A program made the position numbers and the translations under genes. Of a stretch of 64,000 nt of DNA, positions 32,359 to 42,433 are shown one piece after another. Each line of letters begins with the position of its first letter. Position 1 is the first letter of the stretch. Source of the stretch: Fidelibacterota bacterium (GTDB lineage: Bacteria > Fidelibacterota > UBA2242 > JAOZSR01); contig JAOZSR010000002.1 in assembly GCA_029939575.1 (NCBI GenBank), forward strand, positions 8,814 through 72,813, written 5' to 3'. The notes beneath the pieces are model-generated. The model was not told the DNA's origin, made no database searches, and saw only the letters and a list, made by a program, of their open reading frames with translations.

Positions 32359-33864
32359 TTATCTAATAATCTCCTTTTTTTCAACTATGTCTCGATTAAT
32401 TGTATTTGATGAAAAAGCTACCAATGGCTTAATATTACCTTCCGGGTCAAGTACTCTGTGTATAATATTTTTATTTAAAACAGATTGTTGTATAATACAA
32501 TCATTTTCAATTATAGAGCCAAAAATGTTAGTAGAACCTTTTAAAACAACATTTTCTCCAATTCTTACCGGATGCTGAATATTTCCTTCAATAATAACAC
32601 CATAGTCACTTTTTGTTCCGGCTCCCACTTTGATATCACCTTTTAATATATTTCCATTTTTTAAATGGGAATCTTTATCAATAAAAATTATCGCTTCCCC
32701 TGGATCCAATATCACATTGTCTTCTATTATTACTCCCGATTCAATAGTGACATTAGAATATATTTTTGTATTTCGACCAATTTTGATATTCCTGGCCAAT
32801 TTTACATTTTTTTCAATATAAGCACCCTTACCGATTTCAATATTCAAAATATTATATGTTTTACTCATTTCAATAATATCCGTGACAACTTCATCTGCTA
32901 AAAAAAAGTCATTTTTATCTTCAATTGTTACTATATCACAGAGGCTATTATAAACATAATTTCGATAAATATTATTCATTTCATTTAAAACACTTTTAGT
33001 ATTAAATCCCATTACAGCATTATTATTTTCAGTTGCAAATCCCTGAACAGTGATATTATTATTATTAAAAATTTTTATCAAATCTGTAATATATATTTCA
33101 CCTTGAACATTGTCAGTTCCAATAGTATGTATATATTTAGAAATTAATTGAAATTTTGCAGCATAAACACCTGAATTATACTCAGGAATATTTAACAGTT
33201 CCTGTTTTGTATAGCAATACCTGGAATTATTATAATCAAAGAAATATTTCTCATTTTCTTCCATAGCCAAAATATCTTTATGCTCTTTTATTTCAAATAC
33301 TTTACCATGATTCTCAGCAATAAAATTTCCATTAATATCATTTTTTGGAACTCTTACTATTCTGCCATAATAATTTTTTGAAGGATTACCAGAGTAAATC
33401 CCGGTTAAAATCATCATCCCACAATTTGATTTTTCAAAAGCCGTTCTAAATTGGCTCATTATGTCAGATGTCATTATCCCCATATCACCAGGTAAAATAT
33501 AAATATCACCAATATTTTTGGATTCATCAATTTTATCAAGAGCAACCCGAGCAGCATCCCCTGTACCATTTTGATTTTCCTGTAAAACAAACAGACGGTT
33601 AGCAACTTTACCGATTTGATGGGCTACATCACCTGCTTTAATACCTACTACTATAATCTGATTTTTTGTATTTAGACCATTTGAGCTTACCCTGGCAACT
33701 CTGATTGCTGTTGGTTCTCCCCAAATCTTATGTAACATTTTAGAATGATCTGATTTAATACGCTTTCCATGACCTGCCGCTAAGATTATTGCAACAGGAT
33801 CTCCATTATAATTCAAATCAGAGCTCATTTCATCTAAATATTTAATGATTTTTATATCGGACAT
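32359..33864 (-). CDS. GlmU-like nucleotidyltransferase with atypical left-handed beta-helix C-terminus
   Basis: IILAAGHGKRIKS..SKMLH, QNGTGDA, YYGRIVR, NVQGEIYITD; C-terminal hexapeptide repeats. Confidence 0.78.
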   Translation of the reverse strand: MSDIKIIKYLDEMSSDLNYNGDPVAIILAAGHGKRIKSDHSKMLHKIWGEPTAIRVARVSSNGLNTKNQIIVVGIKAGDVAHQIGKVANRLFVLQENQNGTGDAARVALDKIDESKNIGDIYILPGDMGIMTSDIMSQFRTAFEKSNCGMMILTGIYSGNPSKNYYGRIVRVPKNDINGNFIAENHGKVFEIKEHKDILAMEENEKYFFDYNNSRYCYTKQELLNIPEYNSGVYAAKFQLISKYIHTIGTDNVQGEIYITDLIKIFNNNNITVQGFATENNNAVMGFNTKSVLNEMNNIYRNYVYNSLCDIVTIEDKNDFFLADEVVTDIIEMSKTYNILNIEIGKGAYIEKNVKLARNIKIGRNTKIYSNVTIESGVIIEDNVILDPGEAIIFIDKDSHLKNGNILKGDIKVGAGTKSDYGVIIEGNIQHPVRIGENVVLKGSTNIFGSIIENDCIIQQSVLNKNIIHRVLDPEGNIKPLVAFSSNTINRDIVEKKEIIR

Positions 33865-33877
33865 CCTTTCCTTTCAT

Positions 33878-34699
33878 TTAAATGATAAAAAACACATAAA
33901 TATAAATAACAGGGGCTGTAATAAAAAAAGTATCAAACCTATCCAAAACTCCTCCATGACCTAACAAAATTTTACCTGAATCCTTAATTTTGTTATCACG
34001 TTTAAAAACAGATTCTGTAAAATCACCCAATTGGCTTACTACTCCGGCAATAATTACAAATATTATAATTTGCATAAAATTCATAAAATCCGGTTTCAGA
34101 TTAAATAAATAAAAAACAAGACCGACAACAATAGCGCCAACTAATCCTGAAACACTTCCAACAATTGATTTATTAGGGCTGATTTTGGGAGCAATTTTCT
34201 TTTTACCAAACCAACTTCCGAAAAAATAGGCAAAAGTATCACATATCCAAATCGTGACCAAAAGTAGCAAAATCAAATTAAATCCCTGACTTTCGTCCAT
34301 CTCAACATAGCCGGGAATATTCCGTAACATAATCATACATGAAAGAAAAACGGGAATATAAATAAATCCAACAAGTGTTACCGAAAGCTTTTTAGTAGAA
34401 CCTTCAATCAATCCTGACAAATTCAATAAAAAAATCATAATACCGAGACCAAGAAAAATTTCAAACAAATAACCTGGAAAAAACTGAACACCCAAAATCC
34501 AGACTATCCCTGCTAAAAGTCCGGGCAAAAAATAAACTGACATTTCATTTTTTTTAACCATAGAATAAAACTCGATCTGAGCCAGTAATGATACTAATAA
34601 AATAAATCCGGCAAAAAATAGCCCCCCAAAATAAACTATAGCCAATATGATTGGTATTCCAAAAATACTTACTAATACTCGTGTCAATAAACTATCCAT
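33878..34699 (-). CDS. cdsA: Phosphatidate cytidylyltransferase
   Basis: DTFAYFFG, ISPNKS, GDFTESVFKR...KDSG..LLGHGGVLDRFD. Confidence 0.95.
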   Translation of the reverse strand: MDSLLTRVLVSIFGIPIILAIVYFGGLFFAGFILLVSLLAQIEFYSMVKKNEMSVYFLPGLLAGIVWILGVQFFPGYLFEIFLGLGIMIFLLNLSGLIEGSTKKLSVTLVGFIYIPVFLSCMIMLRNIPGYVEMDESQGFNLILLLLVTIWICDTFAYFFGSWFGKKKIAPKISPNKSIVGSVSGLVGAIVVGLVFYLFNLKPDFMNFMQIIIFVIIAGVVSQLGDFTESVFKRDNKIKDSGKILLGHGGVLDRFDTFFITAPVIYIYVFFII

Positions 34700-34701
34700 A
34701 A

Positions 34702-35190
34702 TTAATCCTTTTTATGAAATGTTTTTCCATCACCCCATTTTACAACTGTCACTTTTACTTTTCCAACTCCGTTTTTGACCAACCCAATTTTTGATGCTGC
34801 TCCAAAAGATAAATCCAGGTCCCTGCCTTTTACAAAAGGTCCCCTGTCTGTAACCCGTACAGTAACCGATTTTTTAGTAACCGGATATGTGACCTTCAGA
34901 ATTGTTCCAAAAGCTAAAGTTTTATGGGCTGCAGTATAATCATGCATATCAAAAACCTGCCCGTTTGAGGCCAATTTACCATGAAACTTATCTCCGTAAT
35001 AAGATGCAGTAAATATAGCTGTATGTTGCTTCCCTTTTGTTAATAACGGTGGATTCTTCGTTTCAACAGTTTTTTCCGAATTCCTGATAATCGAAGAATG
35101 ATATCTTGGAGCAGATGTACAATTTGATATTATTACAATAAAACTTAATAATAGAATTTTTTTAATTTTTTGTCTAATATTTTTCACCAT
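34702..35190 (-). CDS. rlpA: RlpA-family lytic transglycosylase lipoprotein
   Basis: Lipobox-like ISNC; ASYYG..FHG, TAAHKTL, VTDRGPF, DLSFGAA. Confidence 0.92.
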   Translation of the reverse strand: MVKNIRQKIKKILLLSFIVIISNCTSAPRYHSSIIRNSEKTVETKNPPLLTKGKQHTAIFTASYYGDKFHGKLASNGQVFDMHDYTAAHKTLAFGTILKVTYPVTKKSVTVRVTDRGPFVKGRDLDLSFGAASKIGLVKNGVGKVKVTVVKWGDGKTFHKKD

Positions 35191-35441
35191 AATTTCTTAG
35201 AAAACGATAAAAACTTATACTTAATTTATATAATTATACTAAGTTTGACAAACTTTTTTAATTACTATTTTCTTTAGATATCTGCAATAAATCATTAAGG
35301 CACTAAGGATAAAATTGTTAGTAAACAAAATAGACCCTGAATTTTCTGATCATTTTTTTTATTTGTCTGTTACCTAAAATTTTTCTAATTTCTTATTATC
35401 TAAGACATTGTTAAAACACATAAAACTTTTGAGGAGGATTT

Positions 35442-35903
35442 ATGGAATTTTTAAAGGAAATGTTTACAACGCCGGTAATCTGGTTTCTAATTGGATTAAT
35501 ATTAGCATTATTAGAATTCATTCTTCCCGGATTAATTATATTATTTTTTGGAGTTGGTGCCTGGGTAGTTGCCTTAATTTGCGCAATTTTTAATATTGGA
35601 ATCAATTCCCAGTTATTAATTTTCATTCTTTCCTCTGTTTTGCTTTTAATTTTCTTAAGAAAAAAAGTAAAATCAATTTTCATGGGGAAAACAGATGAAA
35701 ACCTACCAACCGGACAAAATCTGGAAGATATAATTGGCCAGAAAGTAAAAGTCACGGAAGCAATCAAACCTAGAACTCCGGGTAAAGTAGAATTTCATGG
35801 AACAATCTGGAAAGCAGAATCAGATGAAGATGTAGCTGAAGGTGCTTTTGCAGAAATAGTTCGCCAAGACAGTATCACTTTAATAGTAAAAAATATTAAA
35901 TAG
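35442..35903 (+). CDS. NfeD-family membrane protein (YbbJ-like)
   Basis: N-terminal TM helices plus OB-fold motif GKVEFHGTIWKA; upstream of an SPFH gene. Confidence 0.88.
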   Translation: MEFLKEMFTTPVIWFLIGLILALLEFILPGLIILFFGVGAWVVALICAIFNIGINSQLLIFILSSVLLLIFLRKKVKSIFMGKTDENLPTGQNLEDIIGQKVKVTEAIKPRTPGKVEFHGTIWKAESDEDVAEGAFAEIVRQDSITLIVKNIK

Positions 35904-35915
35904 GGAGGCTATATT

Positions 35916-36833
35916 ATGGATAGTTTTACAATTGTTTTAATCGCATTAATTGTATTAGCAGTCATTGTTTTTTTCAAAACAATTCGTATTGTTCCACAAA
36001 AATCAGCATTTATTGTAGAAAAACTTGGAAAATACTCAGGTACACTCGAGGCTGGTTTTCATATCTTAATACCTTTTTTAGATAAAGTTTCTTATAAACA
36101 CACTCTCAAAGAACAGGCAATTGATGTCCCGCCACAAACATGTATCACAAGGGACAATATCTCAGTTGAAGTCGATGGTATTCTTTATATGCAGGTAATG
36201 GACGCTAAGAAAGCCTCGTATGGGATAGATAATTATAGATTTGCATCCACCCAATTAGCCCAAACTACTATGAGAAGTGTAATTGGAAAACTTGATCTTG
36301 ATAAAACCTTTGAAGAAAGGGAAACAATAAATGGAGTAATTGTTGAAGCGGTTGACAAAGCATCAGATCCCTGGGGAGTTAAAGTTACTCGTTATGAAGT
36401 TAAGAATATTGTACCTCCTCAAAGCATTAAAGATGCGATGGAAAAACAGATGCGTGCCGAACGAGAAAAACGAGCCTTGATTGCTGAATCCGAAGGTGAC
36501 AGACAGGCAAAAATAAATCGTGCCGAAGGTGAAAAGCAGGAAGCTATTGCTAAATCTGAGGGAGAAAAATTAAAACGCATTAATGAAGCCGAAGGTAAAG
36601 CAGAAGAAATCATGAAAGTAGCAGAAGCAACAGGCCAGGGAATTCTGACAATCGCTAAGGCAATAAATGAAAAAGGTGGTATTCAGGCTGTAAATCTCAG
36701 GATTGCAGAACAATATCTTAATGAATTTGGGAAACTAGCTAAAACTAATAATACTTTGATAATTCCTTCAAACCTGTCAGATGTTGCCGGAATGATAAAG
36801 GCTGCAAAGACAGTTCTAAAAGAAGTGGAATAA
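35916..36833 (+). CDS. SPFH/band-7 (QmcA/stomatin-like) protein
   Basis: ITRDNISVEVDG, LAQTTMRSVIG, WGVKVTRYE, QMRAEREKRA. Confidence 0.95.
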   Translation: MDSFTIVLIALIVLAVIVFFKTIRIVPQKSAFIVEKLGKYSGTLEAGFHILIPFLDKVSYKHTLKEQAIDVPPQTCITRDNISVEVDGILYMQVMDAKKASYGIDNYRFASTQLAQTTMRSVIGKLDLDKTFEERETINGVIVEAVDKASDPWGVKVTRYEVKNIVPPQSIKDAMEKQMRAEREKRALIAESEGDRQAKINRAEGEKQEAIAKSEGEKLKRINEAEGKAEEIMKVAEATGQGILTIAKAINEKGGIQAVNLRIAEQYLNEFGKLAKTNNTLIIPSNLSDVAGMIKAAKTVLKEVE

Positions 36834-36846
36834 ACCTAATATACAA

Positions 36847-36881
36847 TACAAAAGCCCGATTTTAATAATCGGGCTTTTGTA
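36847..36881. terminator. Bidirectional terminator between the SPFH gene and xerD
   Basis: TACAAAAGCCCGATT-ttaat-AATCGGGCTTTTGTA, a 15-bp stem. Confidence 0.88.
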
Positions 36882-36917
36882 ATTTAATAGTTTTTAATCT
36901 GATATGATTTTGGATAA

Positions 36918-37820
36918 CTATTTCTCAGAAATCCATCTTGGATGAAATGTACGATGTTGCTCTTTCAGATATTCTCTGTCCAAATGAGAATAAATCTGGG
37001 TGGTGGAAATATCAGAATGACCAAGCATTTCCTGTACAGCACGCAAATGAGCACCACCTTCCAGCAAATGCGTAGCAAAGGAATGTCGAAAAACATGAGG
37101 GCTAACTTCTTTTTTTATTCCTGCCAAAACAACATATTGCCTAATAATTTTCCAAATTCCCATTCTGCTTATTGGCGATCCCCGCATATTTAAAAATAAA
37201 AAATCTTTACTCTTGGTACCTCTTGATAAATGAGACCGAACAGCAGTAATATATTTATTAATATCGTCATGAGCCTGTTTTCCAAAAGGTACAATCCGTT
37301 CTTTTGATCCTTTACCAAAAACCCTGATTATTTTATGCTCCAGGAAAACATCACTCATTTTCAATCCAATAAGTTCAGACACGCGTAATCCTGAGGAATA
37401 TAATATTTCTATGATTGCTTTGTCTCTTATCCCTTTACTACTGGTAGTATCAATCTGCGCCACAATCTGATTTATTTCATTTAAATCTAAGACTTTGGGT
37501 AATTTTCTTGGTAATCTTGGTGATTGAAGTAATTCAGATGGATCAATTTGTACTAAATTTTCACCTAATAAAAACTTGTGGAAAATGCGTAAACTTGAAA
37601 TATTTCGTGTTATACTTGTAGCTGCTAATCCAAGATCAACCAGACAACCAATGAATTTTTGTATATCAGTTAAATGTATTTGGCCCGGTTGAGTTATTTT
37701 TCTTTCTTCCAGAAACTGAATATACCTGTTTAAATCATTTTGATAAGCATCTATAGTATTGTTAGAAAGATTTCTTTCAAACTTGAGATAATTAATAAAA
37801 TCTTTAATATAAATTTGCAT
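36918..37820 (-). CDS. xerD: Tyrosine recombinase XerD
   Basis: LSNNTIDAY..DL, GLRVSEL, GKGSKERIVP, PHVFRHSFATHLL, LGHSDISTTQIY. Confidence 0.92.
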   Translation of the reverse strand: MQIYIKDFINYLKFERNLSNNTIDAYQNDLNRYIQFLEERKITQPGQIHLTDIQKFIGCLVDLGLAATSITRNISSLRIFHKFLLGENLVQIDPSELLQSPRLPRKLPKVLDLNEINQIVAQIDTTSSKGIRDKAIIEILYSSGLRVSELIGLKMSDVFLEHKIIRVFGKGSKERIVPFGKQAHDDINKYITAVRSHLSRGTKSKDFLFLNMRGSPISRMGIWKIIRQYVVLAGIKKEVSPHVFRHSFATHLLEGGAHLRAVQEMLGHSDISTTQIYSHLDREYLKEQHRTFHPRWISEK

Positions 37821-37976
37821 AATCTATTTAATAATATTTAACATCTTTTGCCTCGAAAAAATCATAGGCACATTTTTTTATATTCTGTTTTCAATTATTC
37901 TCTGTTTCTAACACTATTATTTTATTTATTGAAATCACTAGTGCTTAAAATTTATTAATAATGCAGGTTTGGAAAT

Positions 37977-38573
37977 TTATTTTTTTATCGGAAAGAGACT
38001 TTGTTCTATCAAATCACAAAAAATATGTCCAATACAAATATGAGCCTCCTGGATTCTTTGGGTACTATTTGAGGGAACAATAATTGAAAAATCGGCTAAT
38101 TCTTTTAATATTCCTCCAGAACCACCAGTTAGAATTATTGATTTTATTTTGTTCCGATTAGAATATTTTACTGCTTTGATTATATTTTTTGAATTGCCAC
38201 TTGTGCTGATTCCTACTAAAACATCATTTGGTTTTCCAAATGCTTCTAATTGTCTTTCAAAAATTCCTGAAAAGTCATCATCATTTGAAAAAGCTGTAAT
38301 AAAAGAAGTATCAGTTGTTAAAGCAAGTGCCGGTAAAGCTCTGCGCCGAATATTTAATTTGGCAACTAATTCAGCAGCCAAATGCTGTGAATCAGCCGCG
38401 CTTCCGCCATTACCACAAAAATATACACTTCCACCATTTTTTAGGGATTCAATTAAAATATTTGTAGCATTTAAAATTTCAGCAGAAAATTCTGAAGCTA
38501 GTTTTTGTTTTATATCAGCGCTTTCAGTTAATTGACCTTTAATGAAGTTGATATTACTGATATCTTTGCCCAT
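37977..38573 (-). CDS. gmhA: Phosphoheptose isomerase
   Basis: CGNGGSAADSQH, STSGNS, RIQEAH. Confidence 0.93.
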   Translation of the reverse strand: MGKDISNINFIKGQLTESADIKQKLASEFSAEILNATNILIESLKNGGSVYFCGNGGSAADSQHLAAELVAKLNIRRRALPALALTTDTSFITAFSNDDDFSGIFERQLEAFGKPNDVLVGISTSGNSKNIIKAVKYSNRNKIKSIILTGGSGGILKELADFSIIVPSNSTQRIQEAHICIGHIFCDLIEQSLFPIKK

Positions 38574-38575
38574 AT

Positions 38576-39325
38576 TTACTTTTCTTTATAATGAATAGCT
38601 TTGGCAAAATCTTCAACTTTGCTAAGTTTTTCATCATCGTCAAAAATATTTCCGGTTACAATGAATGTAGCTCCAGCTTCAACCTTTTTCCTGGCGTCAT
38701 CAGGGGTCACAATTCCCCCACCGGTGATAATTGGAATATTAACATATTTTCGAATGGCTTTAATTATATCAACGGGAATTGATTGGTCGGCACCACTTCC
38801 GGCTTCTAAATATATAGTTTTCATTCCAAGATATTGGGCAGCCAATGCATGGGCTACCGCTATTTCCGGCTTATGAACCGGTAAAGGTTTAGTATTGCTC
38901 ATAAACTCTGCTGTTGTTGTACGTCCTGATTCAAACAACATATATCCGGTAGAAATTGGTTCTAATCCTGATTTCAATATTGCTGGTGCAGCAATAACCT
39001 GGTCACCAATTAAATAACGTGGATTTCTGCCACTAATAATTGATAAAAAAAGAATTGCGTCAGCATAAGATGAAATTTGTTGCAAAGAACCCGGAAAAAT
39101 GATTACAGGAATAGAACAGGTTTCTTTTACAATTTTTATCGTAGTTTCAAAGGTAGAATCCATTATCAGACTGCCACCAATTAAAAAAGCATCTACTCCC
39201 TTATTACTGATTGTTGAAACAAAATCTCTTAATTCGTTTTCTTTACGGGTGTCCGGATCAATCAGGATAAAGTATCCTCCACCTTTTTTCTGTGCTGAAG
39301 CAACTAACTGTTCGTAGATTTTCAT
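38576..39325 (-). CDS. Geranylgeranylglyceryl phosphate synthase, group II
   Basis: LIDPD, IGGS, FPG, LFLSIISGRNPRYLIG, YLEAGSGA, GGGI, VTGN. Confidence 0.9.
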   Translation of the reverse strand: MKIYEQLVASAQKKGGGYFILIDPDTRKENELRDFVSTISNKGVDAFLIGGSLIMDSTFETTIKIVKETCSIPVIIFPGSLQQISSYADAILFLSIISGRNPRYLIGDQVIAAPAILKSGLEPISTGYMLFESGRTTTAEFMSNTKPLPVHKPEIAVAHALAAQYLGMKTIYLEAGSGADQSIPVDIIKAIRKYVNIPIITGGGIVTPDDARKKVEAGATFIVTGNIFDDDEKLSKVEDFAKAIHYKEK

Positions 39326-39330
39326 ATATC

Positions 39331-40668
39331 CTATAGTTTTGATAATACGTTAATAAACAAATCCATTTCCTTTTGATCACGCTTTTCTGTAACAGCTATC
39401 AGTAAATGGTTTTTCCATTCTTTTCTATATTCTCCAAGATTGATACCGGCAAATATTTTTTCTTTTAAACAGACATTAATTATTTTTTGTGGATCAATTT
39501 TTGTTTTTACTACAAATTCTTTAAAAAATGGAACGCCAGGATAAGCTAACTCAAAATTACTTAATTTATTAATATTTTCGGCAAGGTAATGGGCATTGTT
39601 CAGACATAGATTAGATATTTTTTCCATTCCCTGTTTTCCAACTAAAGCCAAATATATTGTAGCAGCCAAAGCCATTAAGGCCTGGTTTGAACAAATATTA
39701 GATGTTGCCCGCTCCCTGCGTATATGCTGCTCTCTAGTCTGAAGAATTAATACATATCCTCGTTTACCATCTACATCCTCTGTTTCGCCAACAATTCTTC
39801 CTGGCATTTTCCTGGCTAAAGATTTTTTTGCAGTAAATATTCCCAGGTATGGACCACCAAAAGATTGGTGAATCCCAAGGGGTTGTCCTTCTGCAACTGC
39901 AATATCAGCACCTAATTCGCCGGGAGTTTTTAAAGTTCCCAAGGAAATAGGATCAGTAGAAATAATAAAGTGGGTTTTGTGATTCTGGATTTGGTTTTTA
40001 AGTGCACCAAGTTCTTCAATATTTCCAAGAAAATTTGGAGATTGGACAAGTAATGCAGCAGATTCCGAAAATTTTGAATCTAAATTTTCAAATAAAGTTC
40101 TTCCATTTTCTTCTGCCAACATTTCTATTTCTATATCCCGATTACTCAAATAAGTCTGCAAAACTTCAAGAGATGTCGGGTTAATTAATGGTGAAACGAG
40201 CACTTTATTCTTCCGATTCACCCCTACACTTAAAATAGCAGCTTCGGCTAAGGCAGTTGCTCCGTCATACATTGACGCATTCCCAATTTCCATATCCATT
40301 AATTGACAGATCATAGATTGATATTCATAAATTGCCTGTAAAGTTCCCTGGCTTACTTCAGGTTGGTATGGTGTGTATGCAGTGTAAAATTCTGACCTGG
40401 AAAGCAAATAATCAACAACAGCAGGAATATGATGGTCATAGGCTCCACCACCAAGAAAGGAAATATTTTCAGATGTATTTTTATTTTTTCCGGCAAGTTC
40501 AAACATGTGCTTATTTATATCAATATCTGACATAGGTTCAGGAAGTTTGATTTTACATTTTTCCAAAAACTTTTTCGGAATATTTCCAACAAGTTCTTGA
40601 AAATCTTTTTTACCAAGAAACTCTAATATTTTCTTTTCAATTTCCGGTGTGTTAGGTATATACTTCAT
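39331..40668 (-). CDS. gcvPA: Glycine dehydrogenase subunit 1
   Basis: FLGGGAYDH, EFYTAYTPYQPEVSQG, NASMYDGATA, REQHIRRERATSNICSNQ. Confidence 0.96.
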   Translation of the reverse strand: MKYIPNTPEIEKKILEFLGKKDFQELVGNIPKKFLEKCKIKLPEPMSDIDINKHMFELAGKNKNTSENISFLGGGAYDHHIPAVVDYLLSRSEFYTAYTPYQPEVSQGTLQAIYEYQSMICQLMDMEIGNASMYDGATALAEAAILSVGVNRKNKVLVSPLINPTSLEVLQTYLSNRDIEIEMLAEENGRTLFENLDSKFSESAALLVQSPNFLGNIEELGALKNQIQNHKTHFIISTDPISLGTLKTPGELGADIAVAEGQPLGIHQSFGGPYLGIFTAKKSLARKMPGRIVGETEDVDGKRGYVLILQTREQHIRRERATSNICSNQALMALAATIYLALVGKQGMEKISNLCLNNAHYLAENINKLSNFELAYPGVPFFKEFVVKTKIDPQKIINVCLKEKIFAGINLGEYRKEWKNHLLIAVTEKRDQKEMDLFINVLSKL

Positions 40669-40670
40669 TT

Positions 40671-41048
40671 TTATCCTATTAATTCTTGATATTTTTCAGC
40701 GGATAAAAGATCATTTACTTCTGAGGCATCAGAAAATTTTAACTTAGCAATCCAACCTTCTGTATAAGGATCAGTATTCACAGTCTCAGATTCATCAATT
40801 AATTTTTCATTTATCTCAACTATTTCTCCGGATACAGGTGTGTTCATATCAGCAACTGTTTTAACTGCTTCAATTGTTCCAATAGCATCACCTTTTGCAA
40901 ACTCATCTCCGACTTCCGGTAATTCAATAAATACAATATCACCTAATTCACTTTGTGCATAATCAGTGATACCAACTGTTGCAATTTCGCCTTCAATTAA
41001 TACCCATTCATGATTTGATGTATATTTATAATTTTCAGGTGTTTTCAT
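40671..41048 (-). CDS. gcvH: Glycine cleavage system H protein
   Basis: [17 protein letters not shown], lipoyl-Lys in IEAVK, DPYTEGW. Confidence 0.97.
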   Translation of the reverse strand: MKTPENYKYTSNHEWVLIEGEIATVGITDYAQSELGDIVFIELPEVGDEFAKGDAIGTIEAVKTVADMNTPVSGEIVEINEKLIDESETVNTDPYTEGWIAKLKFSDASEVNDLLSAEKYQELIG

Positions 41049-42409
41049 TTCAAAGTCTCCTTTATTTTTAAGAATTTAAATGTATTTAAAAAACCGGTGT
41101 GAAAATCCCCGGAAATAAATGATTTGTCTTGTAAAATAGCCTTATGGAATGGTATCGTTGTTTCGACTCCTGTGATAATAAATTCTTCCAGAGCTCTTTT
41201 CATACGGACAATCGCCTCTTCCCTGTTTTCCCCATGAGTGATTATTTTTGCAATCAATGAATCATAATATGGTGGAATAGTGTATCCGGTATAAACATGT
41301 GTATCAATTCTTGTACTTGGTCCGCCTGGCGCATGAAAATTTATGATTTTTCCGGGATTTGGACGAAAGTTATGATATGGATCTTCAGCATTTATCCTGC
41401 ATTCAATAGCATGTCCTCTAATCTTAAAATTCTTTAGCCAATCAGGATTTTTAATATCCATAGCACATTTTATTTGACCTTTTAGTAAATCAAAATGAGT
41501 TACCATCTCAGTTACAGGATGCTCTACCTGAATCCTGGTATTCATTTCTATAAAATATAATTCTCCATCCTGATCCAATAAAAATTCAACTGTTCCAGCG
41601 CTGGTATAATTAACTGCTTTTGCAGCTTTTACAGCAAAAGATCCGATTTTTTCCCGTAATTCTTTATTTACTGCTGGAGATGGAGATTCTTCTATTAACT
41701 TTTGATGTCTGCGTTGGATAGAACATTCTCTTTCACCAAGATGAACAATATTCCCAAAAGAATCTCCCAGTATCTGGACTTCAATATGACGTGCATTCAA
41801 CACTAATTTTTCCATATATAATTCAGCGTTGCCAAATGCTTTTTGGGCTTCATTTGAAGCTGTTATAAAAGCCTTTTCAATTTCCTCTTCTTTTTGGACA
41901 ATTCGCATCCCTTTGCCACCACCGCCAGCGGTGGCTTTTAACAATACTGGAAAACCAATTTTTTTAGCAATAATTTTAGCGTGTGAAATATCAGTAATTA
42001 TACCATCACTTCCGGGAATAACCGGAACTCCTGCTTTAATCATTGTTTTTTTTGCCTGGGCTTTATTGCCCATTAAATTAATAATTTTAGCAGATGGGCC
42101 GATAAATTTCAAATTATTATCTTCGCACATCTGGGCAAAATCAGCATCTTCTGCAAGAAAGCCATATCCTGGATGAATTGCATCAGCGTTGCTAACTTCC
42201 GCAGCACTAATAATTTGTGATTTTTTTAAATAACTGTCACTTCCGGCCGGAGGACCAATACATATTGCTTCATCAGCAAATTTCACATGTAAAGATAGTT
42301 CGTCAGCAGTAGAATGAACCGCAACAGTAGATATTCCAAGTTCCTTACACGCCCTGATTATCCGAAGTGCAATTTCTCCTCTATTTGCAATGAGTATTTT
42401 CTTTAACAC
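41045..42409 (-). CDS. accC: Biotin carboxylase
   Basis: [49 protein letters not shown]. Start probably the second GTG at 42409. Confidence 0.97.
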   Translation of the reverse strand: MLKKILIANRGEIALRIIRACKELGISTVAVHSTADELSLHVKFADEAICIGPPAGSDSYLKKSQIISAAEVSNADAIHPGYGFLAEDADFAQMCEDNNLKFIGPSAKIINLMGNKAQAKKTMIKAGVPVIPGSDGIITDISHAKIIAKKIGFPVLLKATAGGGGKGMRIVQKEEEIEKAFITASNEAQKAFGNAELYMEKLVLNARHIEVQILGDSFGNIVHLGERECSIQRRHQKLIEESPSPAVNKELREKIGSFAVKAAKAVNYTSAGTVEFLLDQDGELYFIEMNTRIQVEHPVTEMVTHFDLLKGQIKCAMDIKNPDWLKNFKIRGHAIECRINAEDPYHNFRPNPGKIINFHAPGGPSTRIDTHVYTGYTIPPYYDSLIAKIITHGENREEAIVRMKRALEEFIITGVETTIPFHKAILQDKSFISGDFHTGFLNTFKFLKIKETLK

Positions 42410-42433
42410 GAGACATTTCACCTTATCTTAAAT

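Noticed and set aside
36918-37976. Tyrosine recombinase as a possible integrase, and a partial ATTTAACAT match to a dif arm upstream
   Set aside because: The sequence and context fit housekeeping XerD. There are no att repeats or cargo genes, and the dif-like match lacks the second arm.
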